Made by a program: the position numbers and the translations under genes. A stretch of DNA of 64,000 nt from Penicillus capitatus (taxonomy: Eukaryota; Plantae; Chlorophyta). Each line of letters starts with the position of its first letter. The stretch's first letter is position 1. The stretch is from the NCBI GenBank assembly GCA_965649825.1, contig OZ287694.1, positions 1,301,197 through 1,365,196 on the forward strand. Reading direction: 5' to 3'. This document shows positions 36,100 to 49,097 of this stretch, piece after piece. A model generated the notes under the pieces. That model had not been told where the DNA came from. It saw nothing but the letters and a program-made list of their open reading frames with translations, and made no database searches.

Positions 36100-37400
36100 A
36101 AGAGATTTGCCAGTTCAGTTGTTCGCGAGGTTTGTCATCATGGACCTCAAACCAAGGTATATTCCTTACGCAATCGGCAGCAAAAAAACCCATTCGAGAA
36201 CTTTGGATTTATACAAACATGTGTTGCATTTGCGTGACTTGGTGTCCGCAGTCGACGTTATATGCACAATCAGATTCTCGACATTCTTACTAGCTGCCGG
36301 TTTGCAATCCTTTCCTTGAGATTAGAGATCAGCAGTATAGATTTCTCTTTGTTCTATGGGCCTTCGCCGCCGGCCTCTCTGTCAGATTGCATTGGGAGTG
36401 CATTGCCATAAACATGTGCATTAGCTTACGTCGACGATGTCATCGTCAGCGGGTCACAGATGGTAGTCAGGACTTAGCTTTGAGTCTTATACTTGATGAA
36501 TATCGAGGGTATAGAGCAGAGATCTAATCTCTCAACAATAAGCATGTCGATTAAACAGCGAGCAGTGACGTTTTAGGTTCTTACATTAAAGCGTGCTTTT
36601 TCGTGCTGTGGCGAATCATCGAACGTGTAGTGGTGGCGTATGCGGCTGTCAGGCCGTAGATCCAACATGGTGTGCTACAACAGGAGATCTGCATGGTATT
36701 TTGAGTACAAGAACAAAGGACAGTAGGAACTACAGATTAAGAGACAGGCCACCACATGACCGACCCCTATCGAATCGAACGTTTAGTGGTATCCCAAGCA
36801 TTCGATTGTTCGACTTATCAAGGTATGTTACGATCCACGCGAGTAAACCTAATTGTCAGTGCCGAGATTTGCGCGATTATTGATACGAGTGATGACTAAC
36901 ACCTTAGATTAGTTACTCATAATAAGGATTGTTGAAGTATTGCGATGATGGCAAGCAAAATTTACATGCCTTAAGCGAAACACCACTGATGGTGACAATA
37001 CGATTGCCGAAGAGAAGAAGTGAGGTCAACAATCCGGGCCTGGATGGTCGTTCGCAATAAGACACGTATAGCTTGTCCACTCCAACTTTACTTCAGGACA
37101 GTCAGTATTCGGCGCTCGATAAAGTGGCCGGGCAAAACTCAGAGAATACCATTCTTGCAGTTATCAAGGTTCCAACAATGGAAGATGGCGGAGCGATGTA
37201 GACCAAGACCATCATGCTTGCGAAATCTAATCAAGTACGTAATAATAGACTTGTTTTGATAACCTGGTGTTCTAGATCTTATTCCATCTTATTCTGAGGC
37301 CAAGACAGGATAGCCACCACAACACGTCTTATTAGGAAATCCAAGAAACCAATGCACGACGAAACTTGAACATCAGTCTCCCATCTATGGACGACGGAGC
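36100..37400 (+). mobile_element. Heavily decayed Ty3/gypsy-like pol (reverse transcriptase) remnant
   Basis: Ordered degenerate RT motifs: FSTFLLAAGLQSFP (cf. FSTLDLASGFHQIP), LFYGPSPPAS (cf. MPFGL.NAPAT) and CALAYVDDVIVSG (YxDD, ~36420-36455), with stops and frameshifts. The right boundary is uncertain. Confidence 0.55.
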
Positions 37401-37815
37401 GGAAACCATTCGGTCCAGTAAAGAGAAATTCTTCTTCACGCTAGCATTACAAGTTGCGGCTTTAATGTACTTCAAGGTGGATAAAGACTGCCGAGACACG
37501 GCTTAAAAACTTTTGGTGCGATGCAGCTTGAGCGTCAACGAGAACAATCGTTAGACAAAGGATGCTCTTCTGTATCTTTAAGATGTCCGTCACACTATTA
37601 GGAGACAACCTTAACGGGACACTAGAATGGAAATACCTTCCCACATAACTTCCAGTGCCGTTCGATCTTACTACGCTGCGCGAACATCTACCTTACTTCG
37701 TCTAGATAAACTGCGTCGTAAACCATCCCGTATCGCACTTTCACACCGCAACCTGATCAGTCGTCAGGAAACAATGGTCCGAAGTTCTGATTATTGATCG
37801 AGCGCTAACAGGTAG

Positions 37816-39189
37816 ATGATGAATGTCGATGGATGTTCGACGTTGCTGCCCGACCGCCAGCCTCGCTCCGACGCGAGCATCGCCTCCCGAGTCATCCGAA
37901 AACTCGACCGGCACTTTCTGCTGTTGCTCGTCGGTGTCGTTTTCGTTTCGTACCTGGACCGCGGCAACATTGGATACGTCGCAAACGACCTCTGCAAAGA
38001 GCTGAACCTAAACCACGAGGAGTATGGCAGAGGCGTCAGTCTCTTCTTCTTCGGCTACCTGATTACCCAAGTCGTGGGCAACGTCATGCTCACGCGCTTC
38101 GGAGCACCTGTGTGGATCTCTTTCATTGTTTTTGCGTGGGGCTGCATCGCCGCTGCGATGGGATTTCTACAGAACAAGATGCACTTCTACGTGCTGCGTA
38201 CTCTGCTCGGCATCGCAGAAGGAGGGACGTTTCCAGCTATATACTACACCATCGCCGTGTTCTATCCTCCCGTTCATGCGACGAACGCATACAGTGTCAT
38301 CATATCCTCGGTGGCTCTATCGATGCCCGTATCGGCGCCAATTTCTGCAGGACTGATGGTCATCGGCACTTGCCTAGGCGTCGAGGGATGGAGACTGCTC
38401 TTCATCGTAGAGGGCCTGATTCCCATCGTCTACTCCGTGATTCTGTTCACCTTCATGCCAGCTTCCCCCGAGTCTGCCACTTTCCTCGAAGCGGACGAGA
38501 AGGAATGGATCGCCGCCAAGCACTGTCAAGAGAACGCGTCCGCCTTGTCGTTCTGGCAGGAAGTCAAGACAGCAGTGGCCTGCAGAACATGGCGGTTCTG
38601 TACCGTATGCGTGTTGATGACGAGTGGCATCGGCAGTATTCTGATGTTTTGGGCAACGTTGATCATCCATGACATGCTCTATCCTGATGAAGACGACGAA
38701 GACGAAGACTCCGCAACCTGCGGCACGGAGAAAGGCAATTCCGCTCTCGCTGTTCTCCTAACTGCCATACCTTTCTTGATCGCCGGAATTGTCTCCCTGC
38801 TGCCACGCTATTACACGGTTCAGAACCGGCCTCGGTTTTCTGCCTTCGTTTCGTGCTTTGGCGGCGTGATGCTGATCTGTTGGGTTGTCGCCGCGCACAC
38901 TGTCTTTATCGCGAGGTTTCTGTTTTTGACATGTGCCCTTGCTGCTCTGCATCTTGCCGCTGTCTACTTCATTGGATTGGCAATGACTTCGTGCAAGGCA
39001 TCTATTCGTTCCACTGCGGCTTCCTTGTTCGTCATGACTGGCTCGGTCGGTGCCGCCGTGTTTCCGCTTCTTTTTGGATGGTTGATGGATGTGTTTGGTT
39101 CGGAAGTGGCCTTTGTTCTTCCGACGTCCGCTTACTTCGTCGCGGCTCTCCTTGCTCTCTGTGTCAAGGATCCACTAATCGAAGATTAA
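37816..39189 (+). CDS. MFS transporter paralog (ACS family), intronless
   Basis: KLDRHFL, YLDRGNIGYVA, LGIAEGGTFPAIYYTIAVFYP, GWRLLFIVEGL. Confidence 0.93.
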   Translation: MMNVDGCSTLLPDRQPRSDASIASRVIRKLDRHFLLLLVGVVFVSYLDRGNIGYVANDLCKELNLNHEEYGRGVSLFFFGYLITQVVGNVMLTRFGAPVWISFIVFAWGCIAAAMGFLQNKMHFYVLRTLLGIAEGGTFPAIYYTIAVFYPPVHATNAYSVIISSVALSMPVSAPISAGLMVIGTCLGVEGWRLLFIVEGLIPIVYSVILFTFMPASPESATFLEADEKEWIAAKHCQENASALSFWQEVKTAVACRTWRFCTVCVLMTSGIGSILMFWATLIIHDMLYPDEDDEDEDSATCGTEKGNSALAVLLTAIPFLIAGIVSLLPRYYTVQNRPRFSAFVSCFGGVMLICWVVAAHTVFIARFLFLTCALAALHLAAVYFIGLAMTSCKASIRSTAASLFVMTGSVGAAVFPLLFGWLMDVFGSEVAFVLPTSAYFVAALLALCVKDPLIED

Positions 39190-39624
39190 GCAAATGGTAC
39201 AATAAAGACCGATATTGGCGCCGATGATAGCAGCAAACACTTTTTAACGGTCTTGTGGGACCGACCCTCAAGGTTTTCCTGTTCCCGGTGACTGTTTCTT
39301 TGCACCGTTTCGGCGAAGGGCAACGGCAAAACCTCGACTGCACAGAGCGTGACGAGGATGTCTGTCGATCATCACTTCGGACATAACGTCGCTGAGCGCA
39401 CAGAAATGCGATCTTTGTCGAATAGCAGCACTCGGTCGACAAACAGGAACTGCGACGTTCTCTCTGATGGCAGCGTTGGCATAGGCAAGCAAGACCCCTT
39501 ACCGCATGAAGGAAACGTCATTGACTGACTGCTTCCTGTTTGGCATGTTCCGCACAGATTGCCCAGAAGGTGTCGTCAACTTTTCGACGTAACCTTTTCC
39601 ATGGACGTCTGTTTCGTAAAGAGC

Positions 39625-39895
39625 GTACGCCGTGTCGAGAGGTTTCCGTTGCTCATCTGCGCTACTAATACTGACGGACGGACTTTATCAGAAGTCACTG
39701 GATTGACAATCACCTCGAGCGATGTGTCTGTCCGAGCGACGGCATCTTTCCTGCACAAGCTGTTGACATCCCTTGGAGAGGTGGTGCCCCAACGTCTTCG
39801 GGAAATTGATGGACGTCGCAGGAGCGGAAGTGACGATGCCCGTCTCCGGCGGAGGCTATCTGCTTGCAGATCTGTTTTTTCGCGTTGAGCGATCC
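39625..39895 (+). pseudogene. 3' fragment of the 12836..14245 MFS gene at the inner boundary of the right arm
   Basis: TSSDVSVRATASFLHKLLTSLGEVV / FGKLMDVAGAEVTMPVSGGGYLLA matches the MFS1 C-terminus, with frameshifts. Confidence 0.85.
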
Positions 39896-40150
39896 GTCTG
39901 TCGAAGGAACGACGCAAGGAGATGGCGCCGAAAGCAGTTCAGCCCAAGAATCTTAAACACACACCTTTCCATATCGATGCCCGTGATGTCTGCCTCATAG
40001 ACAAATCATAAAGAATGGATGATAAAGTCTATTGAACAGTCAATCCTGTAAACATCACGTAGGACGACTGTCTGTTTTCAGGTAGAGACAGCAAGTAAAA
40101 AGAAAGAAGGAAGAATAACTGACAGAGGCAGGACGACGCTGCGAGTGCCG

Positions 40151-42533
40151 TCAGCGGCACAAAGAGCTCGCTCGGGATGACTCGGACGGTTCCAGCCTCT
40201 GCAGCACTCGATCGAGCTTGTCCTCGAGTCTCCCCATGCGATCTTCGACGGCCGACATCCGATCAGCCACTGAGGGATCCGCAAAATTCGAATCCTCTAG
40301 CAGCGATCGGCGGTGAGTCAAATCGATGTTCGCCTGGATCGCGGCGAACCTCTCATCGCACTGCTCTTTGAACTCCGAGAACTGGTGCAGTACTGTTCGC
40401 GTCTGCTCCGCCAGTTGCTCTTCGTGCTTCTTCGATTCCTTTCTCAGAGATCTGTTGATGGCCAGGACCCTCCCCTGCCACTGGTCGTCCTCGTCGTCGC
40501 TCGGTGCCTCCTCTGGGACCAGATAGTGGAAGTACTTCCCGTTGCTCGCTGGCGGGACTGGAGGGTTAAGGAAACGGAATGTGTGGAAGACACGACCGCG
40601 CAGCAAGTGCCACTTGGACAGCCAGAAGCCAGACTTCCTGAAAGACAGTGACGAAAGAGAACGAAGCGGTGGATGCGGCCCACTTGCTGCAGGTGCCGAT
40701 GGAACGCGTAAACGCCAGCCACCCAGCCATCAGTGCACGACACTTCGTCAGCTCGGCCTTCTCTTTGAGCTTGACTCTGTCATACGTATCGGATAAGATG
40801 GCGACCAACAAGCTAAGGAGGACGATTCCGCCGACGAAGACGAAGGCGTCGAACAGTATGGATCTCGTGATCGAGAGGAAGCCGCCCTTGAACTGAAACA
40901 CCTGCAGTGGAATATGCACACGAGCTGGGCTCACAGACAAGGACAGGCACAGACTCACCTCTCCTTCGATGTTTCCCAGGCAAGCGTAGAACAGTGTCTG
41001 GAAAGCGTTCGGCACAGAGGCGAATTCTCCTTCCTCCTCACACTTTGAACCAGAGACAGATTCTCCATCCTCTTCACACTTCGAGCCATCAGAGTTCACG
41101 GATCCGTGATTCGACAGAATGGTGAATGCGAGAGAGAATCCGAACAAGACCAGAGTTCCCAGAAAAATGAATGGCAGCGTATCAAAGAGCGAGTAGCGGA
41201 CCATCGAGATGAAGGGTCCGACGCGATCCAGAGGACGAAGGCACTGGACGACCTAGACACCATAAGAACCGCACTTGTTAGATTCCCAACCACAAAGCCG
41301 TCGAGACACGGCCCAAAACACCCACCAGCAACCAGCTCACGACGCAGTGGACGGACGTCAGGAAAAAGGAGATCTGGTAGCGACGATCCATAATCACATA
41401 GAATGTTAGTGGCACCAACGTCAGGGCACTGCAACAAGATTGGCGTGCTCAAGTCGACTGAGATCCCTGTCTGTTGTTACCTTACAACGTGAAGTCTGGA
41501 GCGAAACGTCGTCCACAGAGGCAACGCTGCTACCACGAAGAGCGTCACCTGATACATCCGTCTTAGCAACATAGACGCGCGCCACAGGCGGCCGTAGTCT
41601 GCTGCGAAGACGGAGAAGATCACTGCTTTGGACACGTACCACAGACACACGAACCAGAACCTCCTGCGTAGCGAGTGGAAGCGCCACTCGACAAGGCTCT
41701 TCAGGGATTCAGAGTTGAAGATCTCCACGGGGAGATCAGCCGTAGCGAGGAGCGTCAGGAAGTTCGTCCTCGAGCAGCGCATCGAGACCACGTCCGCGTT
41801 GATGCCGAAGACAGCGCCTTCCCTCGTGAGTCGGGTGAATCTCTGGTCGATGCAGACAAACTTGGCAACAGCTGTCATCTGCGGACCCGTTGTGTCTTCC
41901 AGGGCCTCTCTGATGTGCTTCGGGCAGTTCCTTGTCCAGAACGCCTTCGCTGTCTCGCTGCTTGTCGCTTCCCAGCCGCTTGGCTCCTCGTCAGCCATCA
42001 TTGCGATCGGCTGTCCGTCTGCGTCTCGGAACAGGGAGACGGGGACGAAGAATCGTCCGTACTCGAAGGAGAGTCTGTCGGCCGTCAAGTACTCGCTGAT
42101 GAGCTTCGGGTGCTTGTGGACGAGTCCCGGAAGATTCGAGCTCAGAACGCGGCTGGTGTCCTCGACGGTCGAGCATCTATCCAGCAGATACTCCACGACA
42201 GATTTGGTCGCCCTCTCTGACTCCTCGATGGCCTGCCTGAGGATATCATCCTCTCCCCACGTGAGGTTTATGGGAATGTCAAGTTTCTTGGCGTATGAGA
42301 AGATCCTTCGCACGGAGCTGGACTGCCTCCTTGCAATCGCGTCGAAGATCAAAGGTCTTCCCGATGCCGTCACTGCATCGACGATTCGAGGCCCGTGTGT
42401 CGAAATCAACCTACAACACAGTGAACACGAACGGTCTCTGCAGACGTCCTTGTGCAGACTGTTCAGTGCACTCCATAGTCCACTCCGGCTCAACGACTTC
42501 CGTTAAGGACGTCTCGGATGCCGAGCTGTCCAT
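40151..42533 (-). CDS. Short TRP-type channel, copy B2
   Basis: Paralog of B1: same first intron, GPFISMVRYSLFD, FYACLGNIEGE, AILSDTYDRVK. The C-terminal tail is longer and differs. Confidence 0.85.
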
Positions 42534-43106
42534 TTGTTCTTCTTGAAACGTACGTGATTTGTCAAACAAGTATACGGAGGGAAGACCCCCCGAGCGCGTT
42601 TTTATACAAACGCGTGTCCAGTCAGGCTTCAGCAATTCAGAGGTAGGTCGGCCTCGCCGTCGGCACGTGGATAACTGCGTACCGAACAATGGTTCGCTCG
42701 AATTTTCGTTCTCCAGCACTTGTCAACTGTAGGATCGCGTCAACCGAATGCATAGTATTCCGAGGGCCGGTAGTTAGGAATCAAAAATTAGCGTGTCTTG
42801 TTCGCGTTTAGAATCTCATTAGCGGCAGAATGATTCCGAACCTCTGAGAATTAAATGACGAACAATCCTTGTCGTCTCGTCTTCTACCGCTACCTCGTAG
42901 CCCATGCATGCCGTCGACAAATCAGGCAAGCTTATCTTACGACATCGTGCTATGCAGAAAGCGACGAACAATTAACGTTTAGACACGAACATTCAGTATC
43001 CTTCATGTAGCATTAATGTAATGCGTATTCCAGACGCGTTTCAAGTGTGTCACAAGATTCTTGACAACACTCACTTTTCACAATGAAGTCATTTTTCAAA
43101 GGCAGC

Positions 43107-43295
43107 TGTGAGAGTCGACCTGTCGGCCGAGTCCGAACCGGATGGCGAGTCGCGCTGGGAGCTCCGTCGGCAATGTATAATTACATAAGTCGACGGATAA
43201 GACAGAACAGTTCCCGCATAAGTACTCGGAATGACGTTAGTCCTCTCTCATGCCAACGTCTTGCATGATGAACGTCTTGCGCAACGTACATCACA
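43107..43295. mobile_element. Solo-LTR-like 189-bp insertion in the TRP-B2/TRP-A3 divergent region
   Basis: Termini TGTGA...TCACA, flanked by GCAGC/AAAGC, each one mismatch from GAAGC; the left arm has GAAGT. The insert is absent from the other two copies. Confidence 0.6.
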
Positions 43296-43383
43296 AAAGC
43301 TGAGTATAAGTTGGCAGGTCATTTTGTTCAGAATCCCAACGATAGCAAGAGGTTTGTCGCGTGTCTGAGAACGTTTCGTTTAC

Positions 43384-46300
43384 ATGTCGTGCAACGTCCA
43401 ACTTGTCGATGTCTCAAAGCGGAACAGGCATCTTGCTCGAAAGCACCAAGCTGTTCCGGCGGCAACCCAAACAAACGCAGGAAAGCAAACCTTTACCTCC
43501 GTCGACTGCCACGAAGGTGGGACGTCAGCTTTTCAGAAACACCGTCCGTCTTCTGAAAGAGTCGACACTTGTCCAATGCCGCAGGCGAGTCAAGTGGAAG
43601 CTATCGGCCTTGTTCACCAGAGGAGGATGACTGTGGGAAACGCGTTGCTCTGATTCAGTTAGACGTCAGTCGTCTCTCAGACGGCGTGGGTCCTTCCTTC
43701 ATTGCCTTCTCGAGCGACGCAAAGCGATGCATTGTCTGCAGCGGTGGATGCCTAAGGTGCGTCGTTTCCAGCAAGAAATCGAGAGCCTGACGTACGCTGT
43801 CTAGTGTGTGGGAAACGACGCGTTTCTCTCAGCTGTGTAATCGAATGGTGTCCAGAGGACAGGAAGTTGTCAACATCAGCTTCTGCGCTGACAGCTCGTC
43901 GCGGTTTATTGTCTTCTTTGCCGATCTGTCGATGTCTGTCTTCCGCATCGAGCTAAACGACGAGTGGAATCACTCTTTTGTTCTACGAGAATCAGAGCGC
44001 TGGGCCAATCCTGTGTTCTCTGATGACTGGGACCTGTCGAATGCGAGGAAAGTCGCTCTCGTTTCCGACGACGACATGCGAAGGACGTTTGATCACCTGG
44101 CCGAAATGCCTGAACAAGGGCTGGTGCTCTCCGTGCTTTCGGACGAGGAGCGCGCGTGGGAGGCTCTCCCCTTTGCAGAGTATTTCGGATCGGACTTTGC
44201 GTATTCCTATGCCGATTTCGGGAACGACTCTCGCCTCGTCTTCGGAAACCGAAGACTGCCATCCGGGAAGGAGCCTTGTATTGTTCTCTTCCACAGAATC
44301 CGTCGCCAAAGATCCGACTGGAATGTGAGCTCTCTCGACGGAAGCAGCGGCAGAATGGACAGAGATGGGACTTTTGTGCTCACATGGGACGGCGTGGGGT
44401 CGAATGTGAAAGAGGCAGCGCATCGAGTTTACATCTACAGGACTGCAAGTGATTCAACTTCAGATCCAGGACAGATGGTCTCAACCGGCGACTGCCCGAA
44501 GACGAAGGATCCTTTTATCTCGATTGTCCTGGAGAAACACGATGCATTGGTCGGTGGCATTCTGATCGATGCTCGGATGCTGTTTACGAGTGGATCCCGT
44601 CTGCTCTCGGACAACGATGTGCTGCATTCGGCCAAGATGCTACTTTTCTACGGCAGGAACCGCGGAGAGACAGCGACAGTCTTTTGCATGGATCTGAAAA
44701 ACGAGACAATCGAGTTCCAATTGGAGACGCAGATGCCATGGTTCTCGATCGCGTCGACATCAGTAGCTCGTTTTCTTGACAGTGGAAACGTCGCCATCAC
44801 ACAAGAAGAGCAGAAGATATTCGTCTGCGTTTCGGATGGAAGGCACGGAGTCGTCCATGATCTCAGAGACGGAAGAGTGATCTGCAGGGTGCTTCTGTCT
44901 TCTCAAGACAGAAACCGAGTGCTGAAGGTGGAGTTCGATCCGACGGGTCAGTTCGTAGCTGTGGACAACGGGACAGCCATCGAGGTCTTTCGAGTGGCGT
45001 CGCCAATCGAGCTCCGAGGCGGTCGCGAATGCGCAGAGGAAACCACTGAAGCGATACTGTCAGCCCTGCGGTGTGTGGAGGAGTACGACAGCGTCGCGTT
45101 TGGACAGTTGATGGCCGAAGGCTTCGCACTGAAGAGACAGATAACGACCGAAATGGCGCCTCTCGTTGAAGCACGTGTTTTTACTGGCCATCCCAGCATT
45201 CTCAGCGATTACGAAGGATCGAACGTCACACACGTGATTCTCAGTCCGGACAGACAATCCGTAGCTGTTGTTTTGCGGGAGGGACGTTGCAAGATTTGCA
45301 TCTATCGGACGAGAGGGATACAAGGCTTCGACGGTTTCTCCGACGACACTCAGTGGAGAATGGTGACCACTGCAGAAGTGACACCTCCAAGATCATCTTA
45401 CGACGCCAGCTTCGGGATCTTCTGCTCGGCTAACGGTCAGACGGAGTTTGCATTTGCAAGTCCCCAGCACGACGGCATCCTGATTGCAAGAGTGCGATTC
45501 GAGCGTCCAGAAGATCTTGTCACGCATTGGATCGAATCGAGCATTGGCTTGCCGCTGAAGGGAATGAAAGCGACGGCGGATGGCGCTAAGGCCATCGTCG
45601 TGTTCGAGGATGGAGAGTTCGCTGTGCTCGACTTGAAAGATGGCTTTCGCACTGTCAACAGAGGCCATCTGCACTATCCCTGTGGCATCGAATACTTCGT
45701 GGAGTCGTTGATCGAAGCCTTTCCGATCCACCTGTCGACGGACAGCGCAACACTGACGGTGGGGTTGGATCCTCTGAAGAAGAAACCCGTGTCCTTCCGG
45801 CTGAACTCCTCAAGAGAAGACATGACAGCCGAGTACATGTCCAACGTGCCGCGTCTTCTGAGACTGGACGTCGAAGCGATTCTGTGGATGAATCGAGAAC
45901 AGACGAGGGCCATCGTCGGCTTCGGTGCGAGTGACCGCCTCGTCATCTACGACATCTCTCGTAAGTTCAATCGAGGACACTGACAGAGATTCATTGTCAC
46001 GTTTAGAGACTCCGGCCAAGGAACTGCACGACACGTCTGACTCATCATCTGAGCAGATCCTCGAACTCAACACTCAGTTCCGCGCTCGCCTGGAGAGTCG
46101 ACGGGATAGAGACGTGCTGTCAGAGACCAATCGTCTGTCGATGGTCTGCATGCATTTTCTGCTCGACCTGCAGCATTCAGTCCCGGATGGCGCCTTGATC
46201 GATCTGCTCGGAATCGAGATCGATGCTGACACCGTGAAAAGGTCAGAATCTCTCCCTTGTTGTCTGCCTAGAATCAAACAGTCGTCGAAGCAGGCTCATT

Positions 46301-48354
46301 TCTGAACACGGCTGTTCTGTGCTCGGACAAGGCCGAGAGGAAAGGAAGAATCTTTTCCATCACGCCGCGATAAGCAAGAAATTCGACTGTGCGGATCTGC
46401 TGCTGGACCTTGCAGCCGAAGAAGGCAAGTCCCTTAGCCTTTGTTGGGAAGACGGTGACCTCTTGGGATGGTCCATCGTCCACAAGTCAAAGGAGGTTGC
46501 TGCATTTGTGATGGAGGTGCTCGCGGAGAAGCGCACGACTGTGAGCGAGACAGCAGCAATTCTGTCTGTCCATACAGACAAGCTGTCGGAGGTCTTTCCT
46601 CAGCTTTTACGTGACTATCTCGTCGAAGACAAACTCATCTACGAGTACGGAAGGTTCCCTGTCCCTGCGAGCTTGTTAAAGAATTGGAAAGAGAAACCTG
46701 TTGCCATGGTCACGGATCCCATGGATGATTGGACGGCGACGAACAGTGAAGAGGTCAAGTCGCTCTGGCTGAGCCATTGCAAGGCTCTGAAGAAGAGCGT
46801 CCGAAAAGGGGAAGAAGAGGTGCAGATCATGGCGATTTCGAAGTTCTTCTGCCTGGAAGACATCGTTTATCGTGGAAAGGGATGTTTCTTGGCAAATCTG
46901 ATGAAGAAGGGAGTTTCGGTGGAGATCTTTGGATCCACCTTCGTCAAGTCATTGGTTCAATGGAGGTGGCATTCCTCATTGAGGAACGCGTTTTTGATTA
47001 GCGCAATGCTGCACGTGATCGCCACCATTCTGTTTTCTGTTTGTGTGGTAGAAGTGCTTGTTTATCATGGGCATGGATGCGACCTGTGGAAGCTCGAAGA
47101 TGATCCTATAAAACATTATAAACCGTACGAATGTTCTTCTGGAGTGATACGACGATATCTTGCGATTATCTGTGTTTTCATCATTTTCTACTTGGGCATC
47201 TTTGGTGTTATTCCACAAATAAGGTCACGCGTCTTTTTGATTCTTTGAGATCCAGACTCAGGTGTGCCCTGTAGAATTCTCTCGTTCTTTATAGAGCCGT
47301 TAGTGCTCTTCGAAATTATGGTTTGGGGAGATCAGTATCCGGTAAAGTCGCAATCAGCCCTTGCTGCATTGGCGTGTATGTCATGTTGGATTTCAGTAAG
47401 CATAAACGACACTCTCTTCTGATACATATCGACAGTCTTCTGTCAGATTGTGCTCTATCTGCAGCCACTGAGTGCGACAGGCCCTCTGGTGTCTATGATA
47501 CGGCAAGTCTTCCTCGATATCATGCCCTTCGCCTTGTTGGCAGCATTGTCAATCGTGGGATTCGGACTCACATTCATGATCCTGTTCTCTAAAACCTTCG
47601 AAGTGAATGACAAGAGTTACTTTAGCACTGTCTTCAAATCCTTTGAGACGCTTTTCCATGCATCCTTAGGCCAATTCGATCCGGAGGTGAGCAATCAATT
47701 GTCTGATCGCTTTTCCATTGTTTGTTTTAGATTCTTGAAGATGATGACGATTTCTCTCACGTCTTCCGTTCTCTGTTCTTCGGTGCATTTCTATTCGTCT
47801 GTGGAATTGTCATGTTGAGTTTCCTGGTCGCCATCCTGGGAGACACGTACGACAAAATCAAGTTCATCGAGAGGGCAGAGATCATCAAATGCCGAGCGAA
47901 GCTGATTGTGGTCGGAAACGGATGGAACGGAATCCCAGGAAAAATCTGGTAGAGCATATCCATTTTGTCTCAGGAGATTATTGTCTCTGTACACAGGAAG
48001 GCCTGTCTGAGAATGATGTGGAGATCGAAGTCTCCAGATCCAGTCCCACAACATCCTGTGAACATGCGTCATGCTTCTGACGTTCTTGTCAAGCCACGAA
48101 GGAAATGCTTCCACATCTTAGTACCAGTTGAACCCATCGACAGCGAGACGGTCGTTTCGTGGCAGGGAAAGATTCTTGAAGTGGTGAAGAAGTTTCGGTC
48201 TGAACTGAAAAAGAATGAAGAGAGGCTAATCGAACAGATGAGCACGACCCAGAGAGAAGTGGCGGAACAGATGAGCACGACCCAGAGAGAAGTGGCGGAG
48301 TTGAGGAAAGAGATAACAAAGCTCAACGAGAAACTGAGCAGCCAAACCTCCTGA
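43384..48354 (+). CDS. WD40-TRP channel fusion, copy A3
   Basis: Same exon structure as A1 and A2, with a 33-nt in-frame duplication in the C-terminal coiled coil. Confidence 0.87.
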
Positions 48355-49097
48355 AACAAGCCAGAACAAAACAAGTGCATCTCGTTCAGTACATGCAACA
48401 TCCATCAGTGTGGAATCCAGAAAGAAACAGCTCTTCGCATATCAACGTTGTGGTTCACTCTTTTGGCAGCGTGCTTTACCAAATGCACATTAAATGGGGG
48501 ACCGTTATTACGCCTTCTTGGAAGCGTTCTGTGAATGCCGTGCTCGACGGTGTCCAATGTCGTCAGCCTGTCGGCAAGAACATTGACAACATTCCGCAAC
48601 CTTTACTTTTATATTCTTTTGCTGATTGCTGTCTCAGTTCGTGGAACTGTTTAGCTTTTCGGGGGGATTTGCACATGCTTTTTGTATAGTTTGCTTGAGC
48701 GATGCCTTGCCTGTCACTTACAGGACAAGGTGTTTTATCTTTTCTATGAGGTGGCAGTCATGATTGATGCGCCGCCGAGACGAAAGTACCTCTTTCACTA
48801 TTTGGGCTACTTTCACTGAAACCGTTACCAGAATAGAGATGGTATAGAACTCCATGTGCGACGATCGTTGATTTTTCTTGGCAGAAACTGTCATCACAGA
48901 TGCAGAACTCAACATTCAACTGTTCTATAAAAGAGTCTATCATACGACGCGCATGCGGTACGTCTTTATAGCAAGACTTCCCCCGCGGTTCACTCTCGAG
49001 CTGAGAAGGAAAGAAAGGAAGCCGTGTGTATCGCCGAGGAGTACAGAGTCCGATCATTGACAGTCATCAATGGAGAGAGGTTCTCTTACAAAGCAGT

